From the human T2T-CHM13v2.0 reference genome, Homo sapiens: 64,000 nucleotides of DNA. The stretch is taken from assembly GCF_009914755.1 (NCBI RefSeq), contig NC_060931.1, one strand, 5' to 3'. A model generated the notes under the pieces. It was given only the letters and a program-made list of their open reading frames with translations. It did no database searches and was not told the DNA's origin. Shown here piece by piece: positions 29,891 through 46,120 of the stretch. Numbering within the stretch: position 1 is the first letter of the stretch; each line of letters begins with the position of its first letter. Position numbers and translations under genes: made by a program.

Positions 29891-31802
29891 TTTGTGTTAT
29901 GTTTCATTATGTATGTTCTTATAACTTCTAATTGATTCTAAGTGTGTGTGTATTAGTCACCTATGAATCTCAAAATTTTAAAGCAGCTATGCACTGCATG
30001 GCTCAAAGTATTAAAATCTCATGCAACTAGAAGGGATGGAGTAACTGAAATGATTTTTTTGTTTTGTATGCTTAGAATATGCTAATCAATGTTGGAGGAA
30101 CAAAGTTAAAATGAATGTGCCACTGGAACAAATTTTTAAAATCAGAAATAACTGGACTTCCCCACCCTCTATGAAGTCTTCTTCTAACTGATAACTTACC
30201 CTAGAAAGATGATGGAAGAATCCAAACAGAAGAAAATGGAAAAAGGATTGGCAATACATTTTTAAAGTTTTCTCTGAATCCTAGTTACTGGAAATGCTAA
30301 TTTTGGAAAAATGAATCCCAAATCTCTTGAATTTTAGTTGGCTAGAAGAGAGAAAGAGAAATGATTGAACTCCTACTTAAATTACTTCCTTATAATTAAA
30401 AATCCATTCACCCATAATGCTATTGATTCTTTTCGTGGCTAACATAGATGTAGAATAATAAATTACTATTGTATATATAATTGTTAATCCAGGTAATTGC
30501 ATCCAGGATAACTCTATTAGTGGAATAGCTTTGTGAGTGATTTTTATATATCACTAACAATGATTCATGCCCTATATAAGACAAGAGAGTGGAAGGCTGC
30601 AGGCCTTTATATTCTCTGTTTATAGAATAAGCACCTAGACTGAAATATCAGATTTCTCTATGGTTTGTGCAGTAGTGGCTTCAGGATTTTCGTAAACTTT
30701 GAAGATAATTATAATAATATAGTGCTGGATATCTCCCAAAAAAGAACCTATGATTTCTTTTAAATTCTATGTTACAGACTGTCTTTTTTCATTGTCAACG
30801 TTTAGAGAAGACTCTCAGGAATCAACCCATCCTTTATCTGGTTTATAAGCAGATCCTCTCATGTCCAAGGTCTTGGACAAAACTTTTTCCCACTAATAAC
30901 TTTAACCGGTTCTGTCCAGGTTCCTTTATTTTCTTTCTTACTGAAGTTTTCACAAGTTTCCTTAACAAGGTATCTGGTAATATTGTCCTTTCCTTATTCC
31001 TTGCTCATAATTTCTTTCAGACAAATCTACTAAAAATATCATGGAGCTTAACTCTAAGATTTTACAACTAATCTATTAATTACCCTTAAACATGGTTGTT
31101 AACATGTAAAAGCTATCTGTTTGGTAGTTATGACTATGACTACAGAGCAATTAAACATCTCTGGAATCTACTTATGAACCTGTTCTGGTCAAAACCATAA
31201 TAATTAATGGCAAAGTTTACGTGTCCTCCTCTGTATTAATATGATGATCAGAGTAGAAGCTCCAGAAGTAATCTCATTACTAAATATGATTAATTTCGTT
31301 ACTAAGTATATACTATATTAGGAAATTTATCTATGCATGTATTTTATTATTGTTTTAAAGATGGGATGTTTCTGTACCTTTAATAAGAGAATTATCTCTA
31401 AGCAAATGTGGCTTAATCTTATTGTATGGTTTTGGTGGAATAATTCTTCATAGTTTTCTTTTTGTCTATCAGAATTACTCTATTTTGATTTTGATGTAAC
31501 TATTCAATAAAGGAAATGTTTCTCTGGACTTCTACTTTTTTCTTCTCAGGTGAATGCAGTGTCATATCAACACAAGACAGAATAAAGACAAAGACTACTC
31601 TCTGATCTCACCTATGAAATTAGATTAAACCACAAAGAGTGTCCCACAAGAACAATATACAGGAAGGTTTTTCCCAGTGTAGGTTAAATTGAGAAGGGGG
31701 TCACTTAAAAGATCTCAAAATATTCCCAAACAATAGGGAAATAATTTTTTTAATAGAACTGGGAAAATAAAACATGTTTATTCATTTGTTCTGTTAACAT
31801 TT

Positions 31803-32179
31803 TGACATGGTTTGACTCTGTGTCCCCACCCAAATCTCATCTCAAATTGTAATCTCCATAATCCCAATGTGTCAAGGTAGGCACCTGGTGGGAAGGGATT
31901 GGATCATGGGGGCGGTTTTCACCATGTTGTTCTCATGATAGTGAGTGAGTCCTCATGAGATCTGATGGTTTTATTCAGTGTTTGACAGTTGTTCCTTCAC
32001 ACACTCTCTCAACTGCCTGTCTGCCATGTAAGACATGTCTGCTTCCCCTTTCGCCATGATTGCAAGTTTCCTGAGGCCTCCCCAGCCATGCAGAACTGTG
32101 AGTCAATTAAACCTCTTTTCTTTATAAATTACCCAGTCTCGGGCAGTTCTTTATAGCAGTGTGAGAACTAACTAATACA
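31803..32179 (+). mobile_element. THE1D MaLR solo LTR
   Basis: TG..CA termini, perfect 5-bp TSD cattt, splice donor gaact|gtgagt, attaaa signal. Confidence 0.92.
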
Positions 32180-32251
32180 CATTTATTACCTATAATTACC
32201 TACTATGATCTGGTATTGTTTTAGGAACTGAGTATAAAGAACGAAGCTGGA

Positions 32252-32585
<334 letters not shown>

Positions 32586-32597
32586 TTAAGGAATATA

Positions 32598-32938
32598 CAG
32601 TCACGTGCTGTATAACAATGTTTCAGTCAACAATGGAATGCATATAAGGTCCCATAAGATTATAATACCGTATTTAACTGTACCTTTTCTGTGTCTAGAT
32701 ATCTTTAGATACACAACTATTTACCATTGCGCTACAACTGCCTACAGTATTCAGTATAGTAACATGCTGTAGAAGTTTGTAGCCTAGGAGCAGTAGGCTA
32801 CACCATACAGCCTAGGTATGTAGTAGGCTCTACCATCTAGGTTTGTGTAAGTACACTCTATGATATTCACACAAGAACAAAATCGCTTAATGACACATTT
32901 CTGAGAACATGTCCCCATCATTAAGCAATGCATGATTG
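32598..32938 (-). mobile_element. Tigger3a (MER7A-like) MITE
   Basis: TA TSDs, TIRs cagtcacgtg / catgattg, body ctaggtttgtgtaagtacactcta. Confidence 0.88.
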
Positions 32939-33146
32939 TATAGTCAAATAAAAAATACAGTTACAGGTAAATAAATAATATTTAAATGCAGCTTATGGTG
33001 AATATAAAGGAATCACAAAGTTGGTACTGTGATACGAAATTTAGAAGATAGCCAGCTTAGATATGATGATCTTTCTGCCTTTGTAAAGTGGACATTTAAC
33101 TTGAGAACTGAATGCTATGCAGACAGTGGGAAGAATAATGCTGACC

Positions 33147-33368
33147 TAGAGGTCAGCAAACATTCTGTAATGAGACAAAGAGTAAATATTTTCCTGTTTT
33201 GTGTGTCATTTCTTCTCTGTTGCAACTAATCAGTTCCACCATTGAAGTATAAAAGCAGTCATTGACAATACCTGAACAGATAGGCATGGCTGTGTTCCAA
33301 TAAAACTTTATTGAGAAAACCAGGCAGTGGGCCAGATTTGGCTTATGAATTGTACTTTGCCAGACATA
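33147..33368. mobile_element. MER58A
   Basis: ggtcagcaaac..ggctgtgttccaataaaactttatt..gggccagatttggc. Confidence 0.85.
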
Positions 33369-33585
33369 TAAGTGTGGTCAAAGTCTACCGGATAGGACAG
33401 AGATTGCTGTGTTCAAGAACTGGTAAGAGGCTGGTATGGCTAAAGTAGAGTAAATAGGAAGAGAGGGGCAAGAAATGAGCTTGAAAAACTAAGCAGGGGC
33501 CAGATAGTGTATGGCTGTAAAGACCATGTTAACAATCTATTTTGTTGGATTCTATTTAAGCCACTTAAAGTTTTAAGTAGGGTAG

Positions 33586-34351
<766 letters not shown>

Positions 34352-35256
34352 GTAGTAGGATTGTGCTATTTATATTTTGGAAGCTTATTATGATTCCTAT
34401 GTGGAGAACAGATTGGAAGACTACTGAAGTAGTAGCACGCATGGTAGCAATGAAAATGGAGGTAAGTGGATGTATTTGTGATGCATTTAAAGATAAAAAT
34501 CCTAATTGATGAACTGGATGGAGATGGGATGATAATAAAAGAAGGAAAAAAATTATCTTTGATATTCAGAGTTCTAGCTGGGGTAATTGGATTGACCATA
34601 GGTAGTCAAGTTGGGTGAAATTATAAATTTCTGAGGAAGACTAGAGGGAAAAAAGCCTAAAAAGTTAGATTGAATCCAATTAGATAATACCTTAAGTGAT
34701 GGGCTAAGTAGATTGTATTCGTGTTAGTAAAAATGAAGAAGTTACTGAAGAGTTTTGAAGAGCAGAATAATATAATCAGAGTTGTCCTATAAACTCTGTT
34801 TTGTGCATAAATTAGAGAGGGATTGTGTCAGGAGTCTGGGGAAAATGTTACCAAATTATTTAAATCCTACAGAAAAGAGATAATGAAGATTTGGTCCAGG
34901 GGATTAATATTGGGAATGGTAAGAAACGTAATGTAAATAGAACTTTTGGTTGAAATACACACAGACACACACAGAGACACACAAACATACACACACATAT
35001 ATATATGAAGATTAATGTATATAGCACATGGGTTTTGAACTCAGGCTATCTGGTCCCAGAGTTCATGACACAGCACTTGATACAATATTTTTATCAAATA
35101 GCTATTATGACACAATTTATTGTGGTATTCAATGTTCCATATTTAAAAGACTCAGTGATTTCTTTTATAGTTCAGTGTATTTCTATCAGAAAAGTTATAT
35201 GTCTCCTTTTATCAGATGGAAACTATTTAATTCAACATTTTATTTTTTGTTGTAGA

Positions 35257-35257
<1 letters not shown>

Positions 35258-35288
<31 letters not shown>
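35258..35288. repeat. (TG)n microsatellite
   Basis: Directly visible. Confidence 0.95.
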
Positions 35289-35290
<2 letters not shown>

Positions 35291-35655
35291 CAGGGTATTT
35301 ACAGTAAATAAACACTATGAAATAATTTTTACAAATTAAAACAAATAAGAATAAAAGCCAAATTTTAAAGGGAAATGTGGGTAATTAGACAAGATTATAA
35401 AGTTAGTACAACTGAGCCCAAAAATTAGCTCTGAGTTCTCTGACAACCAAAAAATAAAATAAAAACAAGGGGGAAGAGGTAAAAATGCTGAATTAAATAG
35501 CTTCCATCTTATATAAGGACACGTCACTTTTCCAGGAGAGATACACTAAACTATAAAAGAAATAAATCTTTCAGTATTTTAAATATGGAACACCAAATAC
35601 CACAATAAATTATGCCATAATAGCTATTTGATAAAAATATTATATCATAGACCTA

Positions 35656-35946
35656 TTTTTTTTTTTTTTTTGAGACGGAGTCTCCACCCAGGCTGGAGGT
35701 GCAGTGGCGCGATCTCGGTTCACTGCAAGCTCCGCCTCCTGGGTTCATGCCATTCTCCTGCCTCAGCCTCCTGAGTAGCTGGGACTGCAGGCGCCCGCCA
35801 CCACGCCCGGCTAATTGTTTTATTTTTAGTAGAGACCGGGTTTCGCTGTGTTAGCCAGGATGGTCTACCATCTCCTGACCTCATGTTCTGCCCGCCTCAG
35901 CCTCCCAAAGTGCTGGGATTACAGGCGTGAACCACCGCGCCCGGCC
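35656..35946 (-). mobile_element. AluY element
   Basis: CpG-rich, gcaagctccgcc diagnostic; TSD tcatagacctatt. Confidence 0.93.
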
Positions 35947-37019
35947 CTTCATAGACCTATTATAGTGTATTGACAAAAAGTAAGAACAATGCAGTCCAGA
36001 TAATGAGTTTTACAATGATTCGATTTGATTCCAAAATAAAGCTTACAACATACGAATATATAGTTAGTGTTTCTCAAAGATATGTCTTCCACCAAACACC
36101 CAGCACATTAATGAGATCAACTCTACAGCAGTACAGACAACATAGTGGGCAAAAGCTAGTGTCATGGACTCTGGGACAAGATAGCCTGAGTTCAAAACCC
36201 ATGTGCTGTAGACATTAATGGTTTTAGCAGAGTGGCTGTAGACACCAAATGTCAAGGGGTTACAGTGGGGCTGGCATAATCAGAAAGGAAAAGTTCCAAT
36301 GTACATCAGCTGGTAAAAGGTAAAGTTACTTGTCAGATATATCAACTATTAAATTAATAATGGCTAGAAAAAGAAATAAATAAGGTATAGCTCCACAGTG
36401 GAGTTTCTCAGTTTGAAAAATATGCTCCCCAGTAAATTTAAACGTGACCATTCTCGTTATTAATCTAGTTCAAAATGATTTATTTCCTATTTTTTAACTA
36501 GTGTTTCTATGACGCATTACAAACTTGCCATTTCGCAAAGACAGTTGGGCTGGCTGTATCTAATTTTAATTGAATTTTTGACCTTTAAGGATTCAGTTTG
36601 GCCAAACTGATATCTGATTAGGAGGATTTTCAGTAGACTTATTAGTCTGGGTTATTACTTTCAGATTGCAGAGTCATGTTGAGTAAGAAGATTATATTCA
36701 GTATCTTGGCAAGTATATACAATGAGTATTTCTTAATTGCACACAGAAGCAATGGAAAGAGAATACATTTAAGACAGATTTTTAAAGACTGCTATCCTTG
36801 ACTATATGTACACAGTTCAAAAAACCACCAGACTCCTTATCTTTTGATTTGAGTTTATGAGTTTATGTGACTAGGAGTTTATAAGGTGAAAAACAACAGC
36901 TGTGGGCTTTGTTCTTCCTTCAGAGCAAGTTATATTTGCTTGATAATAGAATTTGCTTGTGTTTAGTCTAAACAAAGAGTTGATGTCAATTGACTTTATT
37001 TTGTTTTACCTCTCCCAAT

Positions 37020-37320
37020 CCCTGTCTCCCTCCAACATTTGCCACCTTGATTCTGGCTTCTCCAATGGATATTCAATGCTCATCCTTACCCCTCTGCCTT
37101 TGCTGAAGCTGTTCCCTCTTCCTGGAATGCCTTCTGCTTCAGTCCCTCCCAACTAAGGAAATTCCACTCCCTGCTCCTGTAACACAATGCTCTCTTTACA
37201 GCATCTATTACATCTCCTGCCTCCCTGACTTTCTTCAACCCTGCTGGGGTGAAGGCTGTGATTCATTCATCTCTGTATTCCCAGCACCATATTTGTTTGG
37301 CAAATAGAAAATAAAATAAA
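37020..37320 (+). mobile_element. L2 3' fragment
   Basis: gctgttccctcttcctggaatgcc..ttcatctctgtattcccagcac. Confidence 0.6.
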
Positions 37321-37749
37321 AAGCATTTATTAAATTAATTCTCCTTATCACTTGTGAAGAGTGTTGGAGGGTTGGAATATTATAACATTTTTCCAGAAAC
37401 ATGCCCATTTCTGACTTCACTATCCCAGGAACTAACAGTAGCTTCCAATAAGAATTGACTCTCTGGACAAAGAGATGGTAACACAAAGGTTAATGAATAA
37501 GCAGCATCATAAGACAATGAAGGCAGTAATTACATTCACATACAGTTATTAGTATGTGTTACTAATAACTATGGTCTTAGTGTTACCTGGTTTTGAATTG
37601 TTTTGCTTAAAATCTAGCCTACCTCAGATGGTAGAGAGCCCTGTCACCCTGGTTTTACCTTTATAATACCGTCTCTTCTCACACCATGGGAAATGTAGCA
37701 AATAATTCACAGCCTAGTAATAATGTGGCCTGGAAGTTTTTTAAAAATA

Positions 37750-38763
37750 ATTGACACAAAGTGTGCTGAAATAAAAAATATACATGTAATAAATATATAT
37801 GAAATACAATTTAAAAAATAGCTAAAGTTATATACAAAAGGAAATTAGAAAATTTCACTCCAAAAAATTTAAAAAACACAAAAGAACATAATAATACAGG
37901 AAATGAGGAGCAAAAAAAAGTTATGAGGCATGTAGAAAACAAATAGAAAATAACAGAAGCAAGTCCCTTCTTATCAGTTAATTACTTTAATGTAAATAAA
38001 TTAAACTCTTCGAGCAAAATACAGAGCTTGGTAGCATAGATTTTAAAATACGATTCTAACTGTATGCCATCTACAAGAGACTCATTTGAGATCCAGAGAC
38101 ACATGGAGGTTGAAAGTAAAAGGATGGAAAAAGATATTCCATACAAATACTAACTAAAAGAAAGCAGGGGAGGCTATACGAATGTGAGAAAAAATAGACT
38201 TTAAACTAAAAAAGTTTATGAAACAAAGAAAGGCATTATGTATTAATAAGAGGTTCAATACAGCAAGAAGGTATAAGATCATCACATTTACATTTATATA
38301 CCTAATAATAGACTATCAAAACATATAAAGCAAAAGTGGGCAGAAATGAAAGGAGAAATAACAGTGGGTGACTTCAGTATCCCACTCTCAGCAATAGATA
38401 GAACAATCAGACAGAAGAGAAATAAGAAAACAGATAATTTGAATAACACCATAAACGAATGAGATCTAACAGACATTTAGAATACTCTAACCCAACAACA
38501 GAATACACATTCTTCTCAAGGGTACATGGGACATTTTCCAGGATAGACCATATGATAGACGAGAAATTTAACAAGTCTCAATAGCTTGTTAAAAACATGT
38601 ATATAATAAAAGTATCTTCTCTAACCGCAATGGGATGAAGTTAGAAATTAATGACAGAAAGAAAATTGGAAAATTCACAAATTTCTAGAAATGACACAGC
38701 ACACTCTTAAACAATCCATGGATTGAAAAATAAATCACAAGGAGAATTAGAAAGTATTTAAGA
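37750..38763 (+). mobile_element. L1MB-type element, 5' piece (ORF2 endonuclease region)
   Basis: ttactttaatgtaaat..ctacaagagactc..gatagaccatatg; continues at 59267 after TSD agaaagtatttaaga. Confidence 0.85.
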
Positions 38764-41060
38764 CCTTTAGGGCCAAGATGGCAGACTAGAAACAGCTAGT
38801 GTGTGCATCTCTCACAAAGAGAATGGAAGGGGTGAGTAAATACAGCACCTTCAGTTGAAACATCCAGGTACACACATTGAGAATAATCAAGGAAACAACT
38901 CAATGCACAGAGAACAGAGAAAAGCAAGGCAGGATGACGGCCCACCCAGGAGCAATACGGAGCCAGGGGAACCTCCCCTGCCCCTAGGGAAGTGGTGAGT
39001 GAATGTGCGACCCTGGAAACCCATGCTTCTCCCAAGGGTCTTTGCAACCCTTGGGTCAGGAAATTCTCCTCATGAACCTACCCCACCAAGACCTTCAGTC
39101 TGACACAGAGCTATATGGAATCCCGGCAGAACAGCCACTCAGGCACACATGGAGACCCGGGAGACTTAAGATAACTGGGCTTCCCAGCAAAGGTAGTTGC
39201 AACTCTGGCAAAGTGGCAGGTTAGACCCCCACACGTAACCCTAGGAAAGAGGCTGAATCCAGGGGGCTAGGCAGTGACAGTCTGCAGGCCCTGCTTCCAT
39301 GGCAACCCACAGGATAAGACCCACTGGCTTGGAATTCTAGCCAGCCACGGGTAGCAGTGTTAGACATCCCTGAGACAGAGTTCCAAGTGGGGAGGGGCAG
39401 GCCACCATTTTTGCTGTTTGGGCGAAAGAGCAAAGCTGTTCCAGCCTTTGGGTTTTGGAGAGTCCAAGCTGACCAGAGGCAGAAACAATCCCCATGCACA
39501 GCACAGCTGCATCCTTAAAAACATGGCCAGACTGCTTTTTAAAGCGGGTCCCCAATCCCGTTCCTCCTCACTGGACAGGACCTCCCAACCAGGGTCTCCA
39601 GCCACTCCCAAAGGTGTTCTCTGGCCCACAGAAATTTGAAACCTCCCTTGGACAGAACTCCCAGAGAGAGGGGTGGACTGCCATCTTTGCTGTTTGTGTG
39701 ACTTAGCTGCTCTGGCCTTTGAGCTTTGGAAACTCAAGGTAACTGGGGGCTGAAGTAGACCCCCAGTACAGCACAGCTGCTCTATGAAAAAGTGGCCACA
39801 GTGCTTTTTTAAGTGAACTGTTTCTCCCTACTAGGTGGGACCTTTCAACTGGGGTCTCCAGCCACTTCCTACAAGTGTGTTTGGCTCAGTAACATGTCTG
39901 TACTTCCCTGGGACAAAGCTCCCAAAAAAAAGGGCAGGCAACCATCTTAGCTATTTCCCAGACTTCATTGTTAATACCTCCAGGTAATGGAAAATCTGAG
40001 GTGACTAGGGACTGGAGTGGGCCCCCAGCCTACCGTAGCAGCCCTACAGAAAAGTGGCCAGGCTGTTACATGGGTGCCCATTCCCATATCTCTTCAATAG
40101 GCAGGACCTCCAGACCTGGGCCTCTAGCCACCCTCCACCAGAGTACTGAGCCAGTAGCAGCTCTGTAACTCCCCAGACAGAGCCCTTCAAGGCAACTGAA
40201 AGCCTCTCTGCCACTGCCTCTGCAGTCGAACTACCCTTGCCACCCTCGGACTAATAAAGGAGCAAAGACTTTAAGTGCCTTATCCACACCTCCAACAAGC
40301 TGCAGTTGACCTAAGGAGAGAAGGCCAGTTTGTTTTCCATGGGTCCCACCCTCCAGTCCCCCACTGCTCATCACCAGTCAGGGAACCTCCAGTTTGGGCC
40401 CACAGCACAGACTCTCTAGCCTGAGCTGATGGCACTGAGTGATTACTAACCTGCATCTCTCTGGGGTGGAGCCCTCAGGAGACAAGCAAAAGACCCTTGG
40501 CCACATCCACAACTAAGGTCCCTTCCTCTTCTGCCTCAAAATTGGGGAAGAAACATACACACTCAGATTGCCCCAGGGCTGCAGTGGGCAGCTGGGAGTG
40601 CCAAGCCATGATCTACACCCAGCACTCAAGGGGGAGAGGAACCCACACTTTCAGAACATTGATGGAGAACATGGCTACAAGTGGAAGAAAACATAAGGGA
40701 ACCATACAACTAAGCAAAAGTCTACCAACTGATCAATACACCTAAGTGCCACCTAATGGATCACACCCCAAAGCTTCAACACAAAAAATACCTCACTAAC
40801 ATATCCCTCTCTGAAACCAAAGACAAGAAGTCAGCTTCAAATAAAGACCCTGCACAAAGCCTTGGCCCTGTGAAAACATCCAGAAAATAAATCTATTGAC
40901 TGTACTCAATCTACACTGCAGTTAAAGAAACACTCACACACAGAGATAAGAAAGAACCCTAACAAGAACTCCAGTAACTCAAAGGCCAGAGTGTCATATG
41001 TCCTCTAAACAAACACTCCAGTTCTCCAAAGAGAGTTCTTAATAAGGCTGAGCTGGCTGA

Positions 41061-42480
<1,420 letters not shown>

Positions 42481-42966
42481 GAAAGAAAGAAATAGAATTC
42501 ACAATATGGATAGGAACGAAGGTCACTGAGTTTCAGGAGGATGGCAAAACCCAATCCAAGAATCACAATGAAATGATACAGGAGCTGAAGGATGAAATAG
42601 TCACTATAAAAAAGAACCTAATGTATCTGACAGAGCTGAGTAACACAATAAAAGAATTTCACAATGCAATCATAAGTAGTAACAGCAGAATATTAACAAG
42701 CATTAACAGCAGAATAGACCAAGCTGAGTAAAGAATCTCAGAACTTGAGGATTGGCTCTCTGAAATAAGACAGACAAAAATAAAGAAAAAAAGAATTAAA
42801 AGGAATGAACGAAATCTCCTAGAAGTATTGGATTACGTTAAAGAGGCAAAATCTGTGAATCACTGGTACCCAGAAAGGGAGGGAGAGAAAGCAAACAACT
42901 TGGAAAACATATTTTAGGATATCGTCCATGAAAACTTTGCCAACCTTGCTAGAGAGGCCAACAGTC

Positions 42967-44060
42967 CCTTTGTGCAGGCTGGCATATGCCAATTTGGGGG
43001 TGGTAACCAACCAGTTTTACCTCATTTTAAGCATTACATTTTGAAGACTGTGAATATACTTCACAGCAGATCAAACACATTTATGGCATGCACTGACCTC
43101 TTCTTAGAGCCCAGAACTTTATAGAGTTGCCTACCAGGGTTACTGTAATGGAATTTATGATCTTAAGAAATTACTAGTTGTATTATTTATCCTGTGATTC
43201 ATTCATTCAATAAGCTTTTACTGCATAAACTTTGCATCCAGCACTGTAGTAAGTATCCAAAATTGAATAGAAATAATGGCTTTTGAAAATTGCGCAAAGC
43301 AGGCCGGGCATGGTGGCTCATGCCTGTAATCCCAGCACTTTGGGAGGCCGAGGCGGGTGGATCACGAGGTCAGGAGATCGAGACCATCCTGGCTAACATG
43401 GTGAAACCCCGTCTCTACTAAAAATACAAAAATTAGCTGGACATGGTGGCACGTGCCAGTAATCCCAGCTACTCAGGAGGCTGAGGCAGGAGAATTACTT
43501 GAACCCGGGAGGTGGAGGCTGCAGTGAGACGAGATCATGCCACCTCACTCCAGCCTGGCAACAGAGTGAGACTCCGTCTCAAAAAAAAAAAAAAAAAAAA
43601 AAAAAAGAAAAGAAAATTGTGCAAAGCATAGGTAAATATTTTTCTTTATTAAGCTTCTCACTGATAAGCCCTCTTTCTTTTGGTAAATGTCACTCTGTTT
43701 GTTAGGAGATGTCTGCTTTTCCATGAAATGAAATAGGGGCTAAAGCCCCGAAAGAGGCAAGACTACAATGGGCTGAAACAGTTGGTATAGCAACCCCAGA
43801 GAAGCGCTTCATTTTCTTTTTATAGTAGAAGCAGGTCCATGTCTTTTGTGGTTTCCTTCACATCTTTGGAGTAGTTGTGACTTCTCAGTTTTTCCCCCCT
43901 TAAACTGCATTGCCTGTTCTCTTTTCCTGACATGCTATCAGGTATCAGTGTGTTGAATACATACTGCTTGTGTATCAGACTTATGTTACTGTCATTACCA
44001 TTAAAAGAATCGCAGCCTTGTGCCCCATGACCTTCAAAAAAAAAAAAAAGAAAGAAAAAA
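42967..44060 (+). pseudogene. 5'-truncated processed retrocopy of an unidentified mRNA 3'UTR
   Basis: Non-L1 sequence interrupting host ORF1; ATTAAA 44000-44005, poly(A) from 44036. Confidence 0.7.
43302..43611 (+). mobile_element. AluSc/Sg inside the retrocopy
   Basis: 17-bp TSD gaaaattg(c/t)gcaaagca. Confidence 0.95.
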
Positions 44061-44586
44061 AGAAAACTCCTGAAAGATTCTACACAAGAAGATCATCCCC
44101 AAGACACATAATCATCAGATTTTCCAAGGCCAAAATGAAAGAATGTTAAAGACAGCTAGAGAGAAAGAGCAGGTCACCTACAAAGGGAACCCCAACAGGC
44201 TAACAGTGGACCTCTCAGCTGAAACCCTACAAGCCAGAAGAGATTGGGGGCCTATATTCAACATCTTAAAGAAAAAAATCTTCAATCAATAATTTCATAT
44301 CCAGCTAAACTAAGCTTCCTAAGTGAAGGAGAAATAAGATCTTTTTTACATAAGCAAACGTTTAGGGAGTTCATTACCACCAGACCTGTCTTACAAGAGA
44401 TCTTGAAAGGAGCACTAAATATAGAGAGGAAAGACTGTTACCAGGTAATACAAAAACACACTTAAACACACAGACCAGTGTCACTGTAAAGCAACCACAC
44501 AACGAAGCCGGCATTACCAGCTAACAACACAATGGAAGGATCAAATCCACACATATCAATACTAACCTTGATTGTAAATGGGCTAA

Positions 44587-44960
<374 letters not shown>

Positions 44961-46018
44961 TAATGGCACCCAGAGGCTCAAAGTAAAGAGATGGAGGAAA
45001 ATCTACCAAGCAGATGGAAAACAGAAAAAAGCAGGTGTTGAAATCCTAATTTCAGACAAAGCAGACTTCAAGCAAACACAGATCAAAAAAGACAAAGAAG
45101 GGCATTACATAATGGTAAAGGGTTCAATTCAACAAGAAGACCTAACTATCTTAAATATATATGCACCCAACACATATATGCACACCCAGATTCATAAAGC
45201 AAGTTCTTAGAGACCTACAAAGAGACTTAGACTCCCACAACAATAATAGTGGAAAACTTCAACACTCCATTGACAGTGTCAGACAGATCATCAAGGCAGA
45301 AAATTAATGAAGATATTCAGGACCTGAACTCAACATTGGACCAAATAAATCTGATAGACCTCTATAGAACTCTCCACCAAGAAAAAAACAGAGTATACAT
45401 TTTTCTCATCACCACATGGAACACACTCTAAAATCAACCATATAATTGGACATAAAACAATCCTCAGCAAATGCAAAAGAAACAAAATCATACCAAACAC
45501 ACTTTCAGACCACAGCACAATGAAAATAAAAGTCAAGACTAAGAAAATTGCTCAAAGCCATACGATTGCAGGGAAATTAAACAACATGCCTCTGAATGAC
45601 TTTTGGGTAAATAATGAAATTAAGGCAGAAATCAAGATTTTCTTTGATGAAAACAAAGGTACAATATATCAGAATTTATGGGACACAGCTAAAACAATGT
45701 TGAGAGAAATTCATAGCACTAAATGCACATCAAAAAGTTAGAAAGATCTCAAAAAAATTGAAGCCAAATTGAAGAATCCAGTAGTTTTTTTTTTTTGAAA
45801 AAACAAAAAAAAGATAGGTAGATAGGCCACTAGCTAGAGTAATAAAGCAGAAAGAAGATCCAAATAAACACAACGAGAAATGGTGAAGAGAATGTTACCA
45901 CTGATCCCACAGAAATTAAAACAACCATCAGATACTACTGTGAACAACTCTATGCACACAAAGTAGAAAACCTAGAAGAGATGGATAAATTTCTGGACAC
46001 ATATACCCTCTCAAAACT

Positions 46019-46120
46019 TAATAGTTGCAGCACACCAACATGGCACATGTATACATATGTAACAAACCTGCACATTGTGCACATGTACCCTAAAACTTAA
46101 AGTATAATAATAATAAAAAA
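46019..46120 (+). mobile_element. About 100-bp L1PA 3' tip inserted in host ORF2
   Basis: gcagcacaccaacatggcacatgtatac..aaaacttaaagtataataa; TSD aaaact. Confidence 0.85.

Larger units (their letters stand above)
35011..36219. repeat. Local inverted duplication: 35011-35074 pairs with 36155-36219; 35078-35243 pairs with 35481-35647
   Basis: Reverse-complement matches read by eye (about 92% and 85%); the ORF track shows INVYSTWVLNSGYLVPE on both strands. Confidence 0.9.
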
